From IMG/VR virus record IMGVR_UViG_3300011386_000023: a stretch of 20,000 nt of DNA. One strand, given 5' to 3'. The position numbers and the translations under genes were made by a program. The notes below the pieces were generated by a model. It saw only the letters and a program-made list of their open reading frames with translations, made no database searches and was not told the DNA's origin. This stretch comes from an uncultured virus (IMG/VR IMGVR_UViG_3300011386_000023). Lineage: Duplodnaviria > Heunggongvirae > Uroviricota > Caudoviricetes. This document shows, piece by piece, positions 1 to 8,847 of the stretch (positions are counted from its first letter, which is position 1; every line of letters starts with the position of its first letter).

Positions 1-962
1 GTTAAAGCTGCGATTTTTGGCAGGCTTTCAATATGAGCTTTGACAAAATCAGGGTTGTTTTTTGCCTGTCCCTTCACCCATTCAATGGTTGCTTGACCAG
101 TTAAACGACCATCACTACATGCAGCCACAATCAAGTCATCAATTTCTTTTGCCTTTTGAGCCGCCTCAGCATTACCAGCGTTTGCGACAGCTTCTTGATA
201 AACAGCCATCGGAACGAATTGAGTCATATCGACTTGATCTTGACTGTTTGCAGCCAGCTTAAGCTGATCAATTGCAGCTAAGGCATCAAAAAGGTGCTGA
301 CCATTTGCAGCTACAGCAACACCGGTTTTTTCTTTGATTTGCGCTGACAGCTTGTTAAGTTCTGCCAAAATTTCTTCTGCTGTTGCAGACAATGGCAGAT
401 TTAACATCCAGCGCAGTTGTTCTAATAACTCTTCCATTTCAGAATCCTGTGTGGAATTTTGGGTAAAGTAATCCTGTGCCAAGGCAGCAAGACGAGCCTC
501 GGGCAGATTATCCAGATTAGGGGTGTTGGTTAATGCGACGCTATGAAGCCCAACGACTTCACCAGTTTTGGTATAAAAAAGAACGGGTGATAAATACTTA
601 TATTCTTCCTTCTCAATATGGCCTTTGGCCTTATCGAGCCATTTAAAATTAGTACTACATATGCCAACTCCCTTGATGTATGAAAAAGATGCTGCCTTCA
701 ACCATCCTGAAGCGGGAGCTGGTTCACCAGTTTCCTGTGCTTTTAATGTGGCATGTTCATAATCAATAACCATGTCCACCTTACGTTGATTTAATGCAGC
801 AACAATCTGCTCACCACGTTCGGGAGTAAGTACCCAGTGTGGTGCATCAAAAGGTCGTCCATCAACTCCATTAAATGTTCCTTCAGGAACAAGTACCAGA
901 TGAGTCGATGTGGCATTCAAGTCAATTGAGTATGAAGCGACAAGAATTGATTTATTAGGCAT
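1..962 (-). CDS. Mu gpI-like prohead protease/scaffold, 3' end beyond the window (absent from the ORF track)
   Basis: Manual translation from ATG at 962: MPNKSILVAS...VPEGTFNGVDGRP...MVIDYEHATL...APASGW...EYKYLSPV...LHSVALTNTPNL; motifs typical of Mu-like protease; frame open to position 1. Confidence 0.9.
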   Translation of the reverse strand, partial: MPNKSILVASYSIDLNATSTHLVLVPEGTFNGVDGRPFDAPHWVLTPERGEQIVAALNQRKVDMVIDYEHATLKAQETGEPAPASGWLKAASFSYIKGVGICSTNFKWLDKAKGHIEKEEYKYLSPVLFYTKTGEVVGLHSVALTNTPNLDNLPEARLAALAQDYFTQNSTQDSEMEELLEQLRWMLNLPLSATAEEILAELNKLSAQIKEKTGVAVAANGQHLFDALAAIDQLKLAANSQDQVDMTQFVPMAVYQEAVANAGNAEAAQKAKEIDDLIVAACSDGRLTGQATIEWVKGQAKNNPDFVKAHIESLPKIAAL

Positions 963-1036
963 AACATCTACTTTTAAAAAGATGTTATGAGATTAAATTG
1001 AGGGGATAAAAAAGATCAGGCGGAAACACTTCCGCC
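960..1036 (-). promoter_or_regulatory. Late promoter candidate for the protease operon: activator box 1019-1036, -10 TAATCT 995-990, hairpin 960-989
   Basis: GGCGGAA-ACAC-TTCCGCC palindrome; inverted repeat CATAACATCT/AGATGTTATG includes the start codon. Confidence 0.75.
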
Positions 1037-1050
1037 CAGTTTATTTATTC

Positions 1051-1554
1051 TTATTCAAAGCTTTTATGCCAATAAAAATCTACATCATCAAACACTGCAT
1101 CTTCTGCTTCTTGTTGTAAAAATCCGTGCTCATTCATTGGCAAGAATGGACGTGCCGGGAACTTGCTCCCCGGGTGATTGACTTGTTTAAACACCTTACC
1201 GTTGAATGACAATGCCTGTTTATTTCTGGGACGTATCACATGTGGTCGTGTTTTCCCACCGTTATGTAGAATGGCAGCATAAGGCACATTGGTGCCAATG
1301 ATTGCTTGGTCACGGGTATATTGAGTCGTGATACTACGGCGCAAATTCCCTGATTGGTATAGGTAAGAAGGTTGTGATCTATCCGGAGCCAGACCAGCCC
1401 ATTTAGGACGTCCACCTGCATCAAAGTTATCATCAGTTATGGCTGCAAATGTGTTTGCAATCGCTGCCGATAATGGTGTGGTGTCACCCATACGATCAGC
1501 AGCCTGTGCCATCCGCTCAATCAGAGCATCATTTTTGATTTGAATAAAGCTCAT
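1051..1554 (-). CDS. Mu gpG-like virion morphogenesis (tail completion) protein
   Basis: GRPKW..L, SGNLRRSI, GTNVPYAAILHNGG and PARPFL motifs; located between F and I. Confidence 0.9.
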   Translation of the reverse strand: MSFIQIKNDALIERMAQAADRMGDTTPLSAAIANTFAAITDDNFDAGGRPKWAGLAPDRSQPSYLYQSGNLRRSITTQYTRDQAIIGTNVPYAAILHNGGKTRPHVIRPRNKQALSFNGKVFKQVNHPGSKFPARPFLPMNEHGFLQQEAEDAVFDDVDFYWHKSFE

Positions 1555-2801
1555 TCAATCACCTCAAAATCATTAGGAGGTATATTTTTGAAGATACGGG
1601 ATACTTGCAAATGTCCAGATACCACTTTGAACTCAACAACAACGTCATGTGGCAATACATAAAACAAAGCCTGAGTTTGTTTATCCCAAAGCTTTTGCTC
1701 CACATTGGCAATTAAATCTGGCAAAGCAATCAGTTCAGTTACAGATACATCAGTGTATTTTTTATTAACAAGTACTTCATCGCTCAACCATATCATTTTA
1801 GATTCAAATGATTGACCTGCCGCTGTTAAGAATTTTACTGAATCATACTGAAGCACACCAATTGGACTAAACTGTTTTTGAGATTTTGAAAGCTTCAAGG
1901 CATGATTAACAAAACTTTTATTAACTTTTGTAAGATTATGATTAGTCAATAATTTCTGTGATTGATTTAGTCCACGCGCTTCTCCCAGCAGATTAGTTGC
2001 TCGATTAATCATTACATCATTCAACAAATAGCTAGAAGCTGGTGAACCATTAAAACCAGCTGCGGGAGCAAAAGTTAATTTCCCATCTTTGGTTGGAATA
2101 TCAAACTGAGTGCGCTTAACAATAACATCGGCTCCAGTGTTGCGATCCACGCCCACACGTTCATATATGTCAGATTCATTTCCTTCACCTGATAAGATTT
2201 CTTTACCTTCAACCTCACGGGCTGAACGTGCAATCACCCGGCATTTACAACCCCACTCACTTGGGGGATAAGCAACATTCCAAAACGGATCATCAAAACG
2301 GAATAATCGACCATTTAACGCAACATGCTGCTTACGAGGATTGCTAATTGTAATATGACGCCATTCCCAGAATGGCCGTGTTTCCGCACCTGCAAGCATT
2401 GCTTTGTACCGCCCAGCTGCAAAAGCAGACTGCATATTTGTATCGTAGATCGTACGTAACCGACGCGGGCTGCCCAGTTGAACTTCTTGTTCTCGACCCT
2501 CTGGATTAATGACGGTTTTTTTTCCCCACCAACCTTTTTCCTGAAGGGTTGGCGTAATATTGGCTTTCCATTGCTCCAGTGTTTGTCCTTTCTGCATTGC
2601 AGTAATCAAGGATTGACGGATATCCTGAAGCAAATCCATGCGGGCAATTTTTGCCACTGTAAATGCTTTGCTATGTGCATTATCAAGGGTTTCATGCCAA
2701 TCCCAACCAATCTTAAAACCTTTTTTCTCAAGATAAGAAATGGCATCTTCAGGCGGCAAGGTAAACAGAGCATTAAGCTCAGGCCGTTGAGCGCTAGGCA
2801 T
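1551..2801 (-). CDS. MuF minor head protein with C-terminal extension
   Basis: AFTVAK, RRLRTIYDTNMQSAFAAGRY and YPPSEWGCKCRV motifs; follows portal. Confidence 0.92.
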   Translation of the reverse strand: MPSAQRPELNALFTLPPEDAISYLEKKGFKIGWDWHETLDNAHSKAFTVAKIARMDLLQDIRQSLITAMQKGQTLEQWKANITPTLQEKGWWGKKTVINPEGREQEVQLGSPRRLRTIYDTNMQSAFAAGRYKAMLAGAETRPFWEWRHITISNPRKQHVALNGRLFRFDDPFWNVAYPPSEWGCKCRVIARSAREVEGKEILSGEGNESDIYERVGVDRNTGADVIVKRTQFDIPTKDGKLTFAPAAGFNGSPASSYLLNDVMINRATNLLGEARGLNQSQKLLTNHNLTKVNKSFVNHALKLSKSQKQFSPIGVLQYDSVKFLTAAGQSFESKMIWLSDEVLVNKKYTDVSVTELIALPDLIANVEQKLWDKQTQALFYVLPHDVVVEFKVVSGHLQVSRIFKNIPPNDFEVIE

Positions 2802-4384
2802 TAGTTTTGCTCCGCTTGAATACTTAAGTGACCCATAACTTCAGCTGCAAAAATTAAACGTGTTAATTTTTCTTGTAGAGCTGGTTCATCATCACCCGGG
2901 TAAACATCCTGAAGGAGTGCTAAAACTTCCTCTTCATTGCCAGCATTAATCTTTGCCAATAATTGCTTGGTCCAGTCTTCAGCCGTTGTTTGGGCAGTTT
3001 CAGATTGTTCTTTTAACAACAATTGCAATGCTTGCTCTTCAACAGGCAATTGAGCAGAGTTGGCAGCAATCAAATTGTTTAGTAAATTTGGCTGGAAAGT
3101 ATTCAACGCTAGGTTAGGTATTTGACTTGGCTGCTGCACAATCCCAAGTACAGGCTCTTTATCATTAGCAGGCTGTGGAATACCTAATTTCTCATGCGCC
3201 CATGACAAAGGTATCTTCATACCAACACCAACCAGCTTCTCAAGAGAATTACTAAATACCTCCATGTCTTCAACATCGCTGGTATCAAAGTAAAACTCCG
3301 GATAACGATCTTTATGAATATTGGGGTAGTTCAATCGCATCAAATAATCAATGAGATTGTCAGTAATTGAACGTGCTAACTGTTTGGCGTCAGACTTTAT
3401 CAATGCTTCAAATTGAATTTCATGCGTCTTTGACTGTGCATTTGTAGATGATTTGCCATCCGCTTGTGAAATCAAAGTGCCGCCAACAATAACTTTTGAT
3501 TGAATCTGCTCAAAATACTTGATCATATTCATATGGTTAGCAGTATCACCATCAGCAGCTGATTCAAAATCAATGCTCATCCCATTGGGAATAGTCCCAC
3601 CAGCATTGCGTCCAATTAGCATAACCGCACGCTGAAGAGTCATTTTTTCTTCTTTGGTCGCACCAGAAGGATATTTACCTATACGGATCGGCATGCCATA
3701 AATTTCTAAAAATTCCATCACATCGCGAACAGCATAATTTTTAAAAACAAATGGAAATGCTAATACCCGGTATAAGCCTGAACGACTGATGTAACCTGTT
3801 TTAGCTTGGTGTAAATGATTAAACCAGCCAAAGTCCCAGAACTCGGCACCATCTGGGGAACCATCATTTAAACGCAAACAGTTCAATTGGTTATGGGGGG
3901 TCATGAAGTTTCGAGGGACTACATGTTCAAAGCTATCTGGAAGCCACAAATTACCTAATCGTTTCCATTGAATCTCTTGGCATGAATAACCATGTCCAAC
4001 AGCATCCATCGCATTGAACAAGAACATCTCAAAGTTTTTAATATCATCAATCCACTCTTGGACTTCTTCAGCAATTTTCTTTTCTTGTGTACTGGCATTT
4101 TTAGGTGGTTTAACGCCCCATGCAAGTTTGTTTACACCTTTTTTGCGTTTATCCATCTCGGAAAAGATATGACCGTCGCGCTCTTCCATATCACAAAACA
4201 GATCAGCCTGAGCCTGCAAATTGCCTTGCTCAGCCTCTGTCAGTAATTGATGTAATCGATATGGTGTCATCCCAACAACTGGATGCTCTTGCCACTGATT
4301 TGACAGCCAAGATACTTCTGCGGTTTGCTGGGTTTCTAATGCAGTACGATCTTGTTTTTTAGAAGTGCGGTCTTTTTTAGCCAT
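2801..4384 (-). CDS. Portal protein (DUF935 / Mu gp29 family); likely start MAKKDR at 4384
   Basis: QADLFCDMEERDGH, FLEIYGMPIRIGKY and GGTLISQ motifs; the track start at 4420 overlaps the predicted -10 element. Confidence 0.9.
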   Translation of the reverse strand: MAKKDRTSKKQDRTALETQQTAEVSWLSNQWQEHPVVGMTPYRLHQLLTEAEQGNLQAQADLFCDMEERDGHIFSEMDKRKKGVNKLAWGVKPPKNASTQEKKIAEEVQEWIDDIKNFEMFLFNAMDAVGHGYSCQEIQWKRLGNLWLPDSFEHVVPRNFMTPHNQLNCLRLNDGSPDGAEFWDFGWFNHLHQAKTGYISRSGLYRVLAFPFVFKNYAVRDVMEFLEIYGMPIRIGKYPSGATKEEKMTLQRAVMLIGRNAGGTIPNGMSIDFESAADGDTANHMNMIKYFEQIQSKVIVGGTLISQADGKSSTNAQSKTHEIQFEALIKSDAKQLARSITDNLIDYLMRLNYPNIHKDRYPEFYFDTSDVEDMEVFSNSLEKLVGVGMKIPLSWAHEKLGIPQPANDKEPVLGIVQQPSQIPNLALNTFQPNLLNNLIAANSAQLPVEEQALQLLLKEQSETAQTTAEDWTKQLLAKINAGNEEEVLALLQDVYPGDDEPALQEKLTRLIFAAEVMGHLSIQAEQN

Positions 4385-4465
4385 GATAGATGCAAATACA
4401 ATTTGAGGATTCTGCACCATTGTGAAATTTTAGCGGGCTTAAAATCAGGCGGAAATGCTTCCGCC
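4385..4465 (-). promoter_or_regulatory. Late promoter candidate for portal: box 4448-4465, -10 CACAAT 4424-4419
   Basis: GGCGGAA-ATGC-TTCCGCC; same box to -10 spacing as the copies at 1019 and 8877. Confidence 0.75.
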
Positions 4466-4642
4466 CAATTTCATGCGCTCATTTGCGATTTAAGCGCCTT
4501 TTTTATTTTTACGGATCATTGCAGCAAAATACAAAACAAATGCCTTAAAGAGCGTTTATAAAGATTTATAAATCTATTTGTTCATGCTTGCCAGAGTGTG
4601 ATATGAATTTGAGTTCTTTAAATCATTCTAAGGAAACAAATA

Positions 4643-4912
4643 ATGGCTAATTATTTACATGACCAAAAATTTTTAAATCGAGGGGATATCGTACATCTAG
4701 ATTGTGATACTCAATGTAATTTTATGATTATGGATAATACTAATTTTCAAAATTATCGTAATGGGCGTCAATTCAATTACTATGGGGGACATTACACCCA
4801 TTTCCCAGCACGTATAAATGTACCTCATACTGGGACATGGAATGTTGTTATTGATTTAGGTGGTGGACGCGCGAATATTCGTTACAACCTTAGCTATTTG
4901 ACTGCAAACTAA
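4643..4912 (+). CDS. DUF1883-family small protein (moron)
   Basis: QCNFMIMDNTNFQNYRNG..YYGG..PARINVPHTGTWNVVIDLGG pattern recognised from memory; RBS AAGGA; opposite strand to the late genes; AT-rich. Confidence 0.8.
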   Translation: MANYLHDQKFLNRGDIVHLDCDTQCNFMIMDNTNFQNYRNGRQFNYYGGHYTHFPARINVPHTGTWNVVIDLGGGRANIRYNLSYLTAN

Positions 4913-5093
4913 TTTCGATTGAGGCTAAAGCATTTTCTAAAATTTGCTTTAGCTTTTTATTTATTTCAACATCATTTGTCATCAATCCCATAGGTGATCC
5001 ATTAATAGGCACTGTATTGGAAAAATATGTTACATCATCTAACTGTATTTCAATATTTGATATATTTTTTGGTGAAATCTTAATATCCATCAT
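4890..5093 (-). CDS. Hypothetical protein, 67 aa
   Basis: AT-rich ORF preceded by a degenerate late-promoter box at similar spacing to the other three. Confidence 0.55.
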   Translation of the reverse strand: MMDIKISPKNISNIEIQLDDVTYFSNTVPINGSPMGLMTNDVEINKKLKQILENALASIEISLQSNS

Positions 5094-5164
5094 TTAAAAC
5101 TCGTTTTAAGGTACTTCTAGTTTATTTTCAAAAGTAATTTTCAATAGGCGGAAACACTTCCAGC
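5094..5164 (-). promoter_or_regulatory. Degenerate late promoter: box 5147-5164, -10 TAAACT 5124-5119
   Basis: GGCGGAA-ACAC-TTCCAGC. Confidence 0.6.
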
Positions 5165-5177
5165 CAATTATAAAAAT

Positions 5178-6737
5178 TTACCAACATCCGGCTGTATCGA
5201 CCCAACCATCATAATCATCTGGGTTCGTTTCAATTTCTTCGCTAGAAGGTAGTGGAATGAACTCAATCGGTGCTAAAGGATGGTTGCTGGCATAATCAGC
5301 CAGCAAATGGGCTATAGCACTGTCACCGTGACGATCTTTATTATTTGAATTAGATTTCCCCTGTGCTGGAATACGTGCTACACCATTAACCATCACAAAA
5401 GCCCGGTGATCTTCAATTACATCCTGATCCGCTGGCATGTTCTCAATATCACCATCTTCCAGTGAGGCTTTAAAGTGTGGTGTATTTTCACGGTACCATG
5501 CTTCAGTCAACATGATAGCTTCAATTCGCTCACCATATATAACCTGCATGGCTTCAGCTAAATAACCACCATTACCTCCAGCATCATGTGCACCTTTGCT
5601 AAAGTTAGGCAGTATCGCAACAATAAGTTTTAGAAATTCTTCTTGTTGTTTATATGGAACTTTGAACATTTCGAACAAGAAAGGAATACGCTTTCTAGTA
5701 TTGGTCTGTTCTACCAACGGCCAGAATGAACAGGCATTGACTTTACGGGCAAAGTCTAAACCATAGTAACTGGTCGTTTTTTTTGGTAAAGCTTCAATCA
5801 ATGGCTTTAAATGTTCATTAAAGAATTCCAGTACTTCAGCATTTCGAGCCTCTTCACTCACATTGCTAAAGTCATCCCAACCTTTAGGTGCATGAAAACG
5901 GATGACTGGTACTGTGCTGTCTTTCTTACTCTCTAATAATGAATGTGGCAGCCAGCGACCACCACCTTTGGAGGGAACAACATCTAGCTCTTCATTGGCT
6001 GCATCGCCATAAAATCCATAAACATCATCAACCCATTCTTTTTCCTCATCAGGATCATAAGCAATGCCTTTACGTAAACAGACGGTATGACTATATAAAC
6101 CTTGAGCTACAGCATCAGAGAAGGTTATACGATGAACTGACCCTTTACGCTTACCAGATCGTATTTCGTTAATCAGTTCATTAAATGGATTATCTTCACC
6201 TTCATGAGTACTAATTACTCTGACACACCCCCCAAGAATTAAGAACGCTAAAGCAGCTTTAAGCAAACCCGGCAAATCATCATGGAATGCTGCCTCATCA
6301 ATAATTAGACGACCTTGACGCCCACGTAAGTTGGATGGTCGGCTGGTTAAAGCTTCAATTCGAAATCCAGAATTTGGAAAACGGATAATATAAGTCTGGA
6401 TCTGTTTATCACCATCCTCCCAAATACCTTCCTCAAGTTCACTTGCAGCTAAGTCATAGACCCTTGCCCACATTGCACAGGCTTGAATAAACTCAACTGT
6501 CATATCCTTGTTGTACCCAACATAATAGACATTTTGACCACCTGCATTTCGATCACTGGCACATTCAAGTGTTGCATCGGCACATTCAGCCCATGTCAAA
6601 CCAATACGACGTGATTTTTCAGCTACTTTCAGTGGGGTTTTATCAGACACCCATTTTTGCTGATACTTTAAAAGTACCGCTGGCACATCACTAAAAAAAT
6701 CAGGCTCAAGTGATTCATGAAGAGGGTTATTTGACAT
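5178..6737 (-). CDS. terL: Terminase large subunit (Mu gp28-like)
   Basis: EKSRRIGLTW Walker A variant, LIIDEAAF Walker B, GLDFAR and HGDSAIA nuclease motifs. Confidence 0.93.
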   Translation of the reverse strand: MSNNPLHESLEPDFFSDVPAVLLKYQQKWVSDKTPLKVAEKSRRIGLTWAECADATLECASDRNAGGQNVYYVGYNKDMTVEFIQACAMWARVYDLAASELEEGIWEDGDKQIQTYIIRFPNSGFRIEALTSRPSNLRGRQGRLIIDEAAFHDDLPGLLKAALAFLILGGCVRVISTHEGEDNPFNELINEIRSGKRKGSVHRITFSDAVAQGLYSHTVCLRKGIAYDPDEEKEWVDDVYGFYGDAANEELDVVPSKGGGRWLPHSLLESKKDSTVPVIRFHAPKGWDDFSNVSEEARNAEVLEFFNEHLKPLIEALPKKTTSYYGLDFARKVNACSFWPLVEQTNTRKRIPFLFEMFKVPYKQQEEFLKLIVAILPNFSKGAHDAGGNGGYLAEAMQVIYGERIEAIMLTEAWYRENTPHFKASLEDGDIENMPADQDVIEDHRAFVMVNGVARIPAQGKSNSNNKDRHGDSAIAHLLADYASNHPLAPIEFIPLPSSEEIETNPDDYDGWVDTAGCW

Positions 6738-7282
6738 TAACTTGTTATCCCTAAAATCTGTTTACGGATTTCATTAGCTGTTTCTTTGGATAAGCCACTT
6801 TTCTTGACAATCTTATCCACCTCTTTAGCAGCAGCTTGCACTCGCTCTTTAACTTCTGATTCCCACTTTTTCTGGTTCACAGAAGCCTTGGCAATTTCCG
6901 CAATACCTTTACCAGCTTTTGCCATAAGCATGATGCGATCTGCCGGGTCTGCATCAGGATTTTCTGATTCTTGCAAAGCAATAAGCGCATTAAACAATTC
7001 AGTTTGAACCAGCGATAAAACAGCAGAGCTTCGCATATCACTATCATCGGGCGCAGCATCGGCAATCATCATGGCTGCTTGTGTACTGGCCTGAACCGCA
7101 GCAAGTTTTTGTTCTACTTTTTGACCGTAACGGTGTACGCTTGACTTGCTGACGTTGTAACCACGCTCTTGCAGGATTTTTGCAATTTCTTCATAACCAC
7201 AAAAACCTTGATCCATAAACCGCTTATCAAGCCAAGTTTTATCCTCAGCACTTAGTAGATCAATTGACGACTCTCTTGCCAT
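6737..7282 (-). CDS. DUF3486 / Mu gp27-like putative terminase small subunit
   Basis: MARESSIDLL, GYNVSKSSVHRYG and GLS..A..IR..ILGI pattern; overlaps terL start by 1 nt. Confidence 0.88.
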   Translation of the reverse strand: MARESSIDLLSAEDKTWLDKRFMDQGFCGYEEIAKILQERGYNVSKSSVHRYGQKVEQKLAAVQASTQAAMMIADAAPDDSDMRSSAVLSLVQTELFNALIALQESENPDADPADRIMLMAKAGKGIAEIAKASVNQKKWESEVKERVQAAAKEVDKIVKKSGLSKETANEIRKQILGITS

Positions 7283-7290
7283 GTGTCACC

Positions 7291-7602
7291 TCAGTTCCAG
7301 TATTTTTCTGGACGGGCAATACCAGCTTGGCAATCAATTGTGTACTCCACAATATCAATACCTAAACGATCAAGTTTTGCATGCCAATGACCATCAGGCT
7401 GCTTTTTAATTTCAACTAGCTTACGTTCTTCCAAATAGTCCAATTGAACATGTAATTCTTGTGGGGTTGTATCAGCGTATAAAGCACGCATTACATCAAG
7501 CAATAAAGTATCCAATGCCCCAAGTGGACGAGCTTTATCTAGGGCATTCAGCAAATGCCAGCGCATACCTTCACGACGGATTTTTTGAAGATCAAAACTC
7601 AT
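7291..7602 (-). CDS. Mu gp26-like winged-helix protein
   Basis: RRE..RW.LL..L, LDYLEERKLV and GIARP pattern; conserved position before terS. Confidence 0.8.
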   Translation of the reverse strand: MSFDLQKIRREGMRWHLLNALDKARPLGALDTLLLDVMRALYADTTPQELHVQLDYLEERKLVEIKKQPDGHWHAKLDRLGIDIVEYTIDCQAGIARPEKYWN

Positions 7603-7943
7603 GGGTTAATTCCTTGCTTAATCTGAACTTTTTCAAGCTTTTCAGCTACGGCATCTAGCTTGGCTTCAATAACAGTTTGACCGCGAATATAGTCATCACG
7701 GGCAATATAACGAAATGGCATATCTGCTTGAAACTGAAGGAACTCTCGTTCGAGCTTTCGTAAGTCTTCTTGTCCCTTCAAGTGTTGGCGAGAGACTTCT
7801 TCAATTTTTTGATTTGTTGATTCAAAATTCTGCTGAATACTATTACTAATTTGATTACCTAACAATTTAAACATTCCCCAGACTGTACTAATGACAGTCG
7901 AGAGAATGAGAAAAATTTGATAGGGTTCAAGTTGTATGGTCAT
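7599..7943 (-). CDS. Membrane-anchored coiled-coil protein (gp25 positional equivalent)
   Basis: N-terminal TM helix; YIARDDYIRGQTVIEAKLD pattern. Confidence 0.7.
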   Translation of the reverse strand: MTIQLEPYQIFLILSTVISTVWGMFKLLGNQISNSIQQNFESTNQKIEEVSRQHLKGQEDLRKLEREFLQFQADMPFRYIARDDYIRGQTVIEAKLDAVAEKLEKVQIKQGINP

Positions 7944-8323
7944 GCATCCTCCTTAACATCGGATGCTGAAGGTAACGGCTTCGCTTTACTTTGATTTATA
8001 AAACGGCCAACAAGTCCCAAAACAGCCAAAACTAAAGTTATTTTGGATTGTGCGTCTGCTGGTAATGTTGCAATTAATTCAGGTGGCAATGTGTCATAAA
8101 AAGTTTGAACCGCCACAATGCCAGCAAAGGCAACGTTACTAAACCATTTCCAACCTGTACGCCAATTGTGTACCAAGACTCCAAATTGCATGGTAGAGCC
8201 ATGAACACCTTGAATATATTGAGGTTCAATAATTTTCTTAGGATTGTTCGCTAAAAGTTCTTTCTTTTGTTGTCGTAAACGACGAGAAAGCTCTTGAGGA
8301 GAAACACTATATTTTTTATTCAT
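7940..8323 (-). CDS. Putative holin with a basic N-terminal extension
   Basis: Overlaps endolysin stop; NWRTGWKWFS followed by two hydrophobic segments and GRFINQ; RBS GGAG. Confidence 0.75.
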   Translation of the reverse strand: MNKKYSVSPQELSRRLRQQKKELLANNPKKIIEPQYIQGVHGSTMQFGVLVHNWRTGWKWFSNVAFAGIVAVQTFYDTLPPELIATLPADAQSKITLVLAVLGLVGRFINQSKAKPLPSASDVKEDA

Positions 8324-8820
8324 GGCGTATCTCCAGCTGCATAACGTAGGTTACTGGCAACTCTACGAGTCCAACCACGACCAAATTCTGAGAATGTTTT
8401 TAGTTTTGCATAAAACTCTAGGCGCTCAGCATTGAACAAAACTAAGACATCATCGAGCGATTTTTTATTAATTGCTCCTAAAGTAATGTCTCCAACTACA
8501 CCATCATCAGCTACGCCAACTGCACGTTGTAGCATACGAATCGCATTACCAATGCCATGATTAACAGCAGCATCAAACATTTGAAAACCAATTGCAGAAT
8601 TGTATTGTGCGCATTTCGCGTGCTCCCAATATGCTTTACGGTAAATCTCTTTTGCTTGATCACGCTTCATATAGCGCATGGAACCGATATACCCATTTTC
8701 TCGCGCTGTTTTTATTGTGATACCCCAATTGGTTTCCCCACCAGGGTCTTTAGGATTATTTACATAGCCACCTTCATGACCAATAGTCCGTTCAAACACT
8801 TCATCAAAAGTGATAGACAT
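8320..8820 (-). CDS. Endolysin, glycoside hydrolase family 108 with peptidoglycan-binding C-terminus
   Basis: HEGGYVNNPKDPGGETNWGIT, FDAAVNHG and FGRGWTRRV. Confidence 0.95.
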   Translation of the reverse strand: MSITFDEVFERTIGHEGGYVNNPKDPGGETNWGITIKTARENGYIGSMRYMKRDQAKEIYRKAYWEHAKCAQYNSAIGFQMFDAAVNHGIGNAIRMLQRAVGVADDGVVGDITLGAINKKSLDDVLVLFNAERLEFYAKLKTFSEFGRGWTRRVASNLRYAAGDTP

Positions 8821-8847
8821 AAAAAAACCTCATCAAATGATGAGGCT
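8821..8847 (-). terminator. Intrinsic terminator-like hairpin abutting the endolysin ATG and masking its RBS
   Basis: Minus strand reads AGCCTCATCA-TT-TGATGAGGTT-TTTTT-ATG. Confidence 0.75.

Noticed and set aside
62..262. 66-aa + strand ORF
   Set aside because: Antisense shadow of the protease gene, which the track missed because it runs off the window
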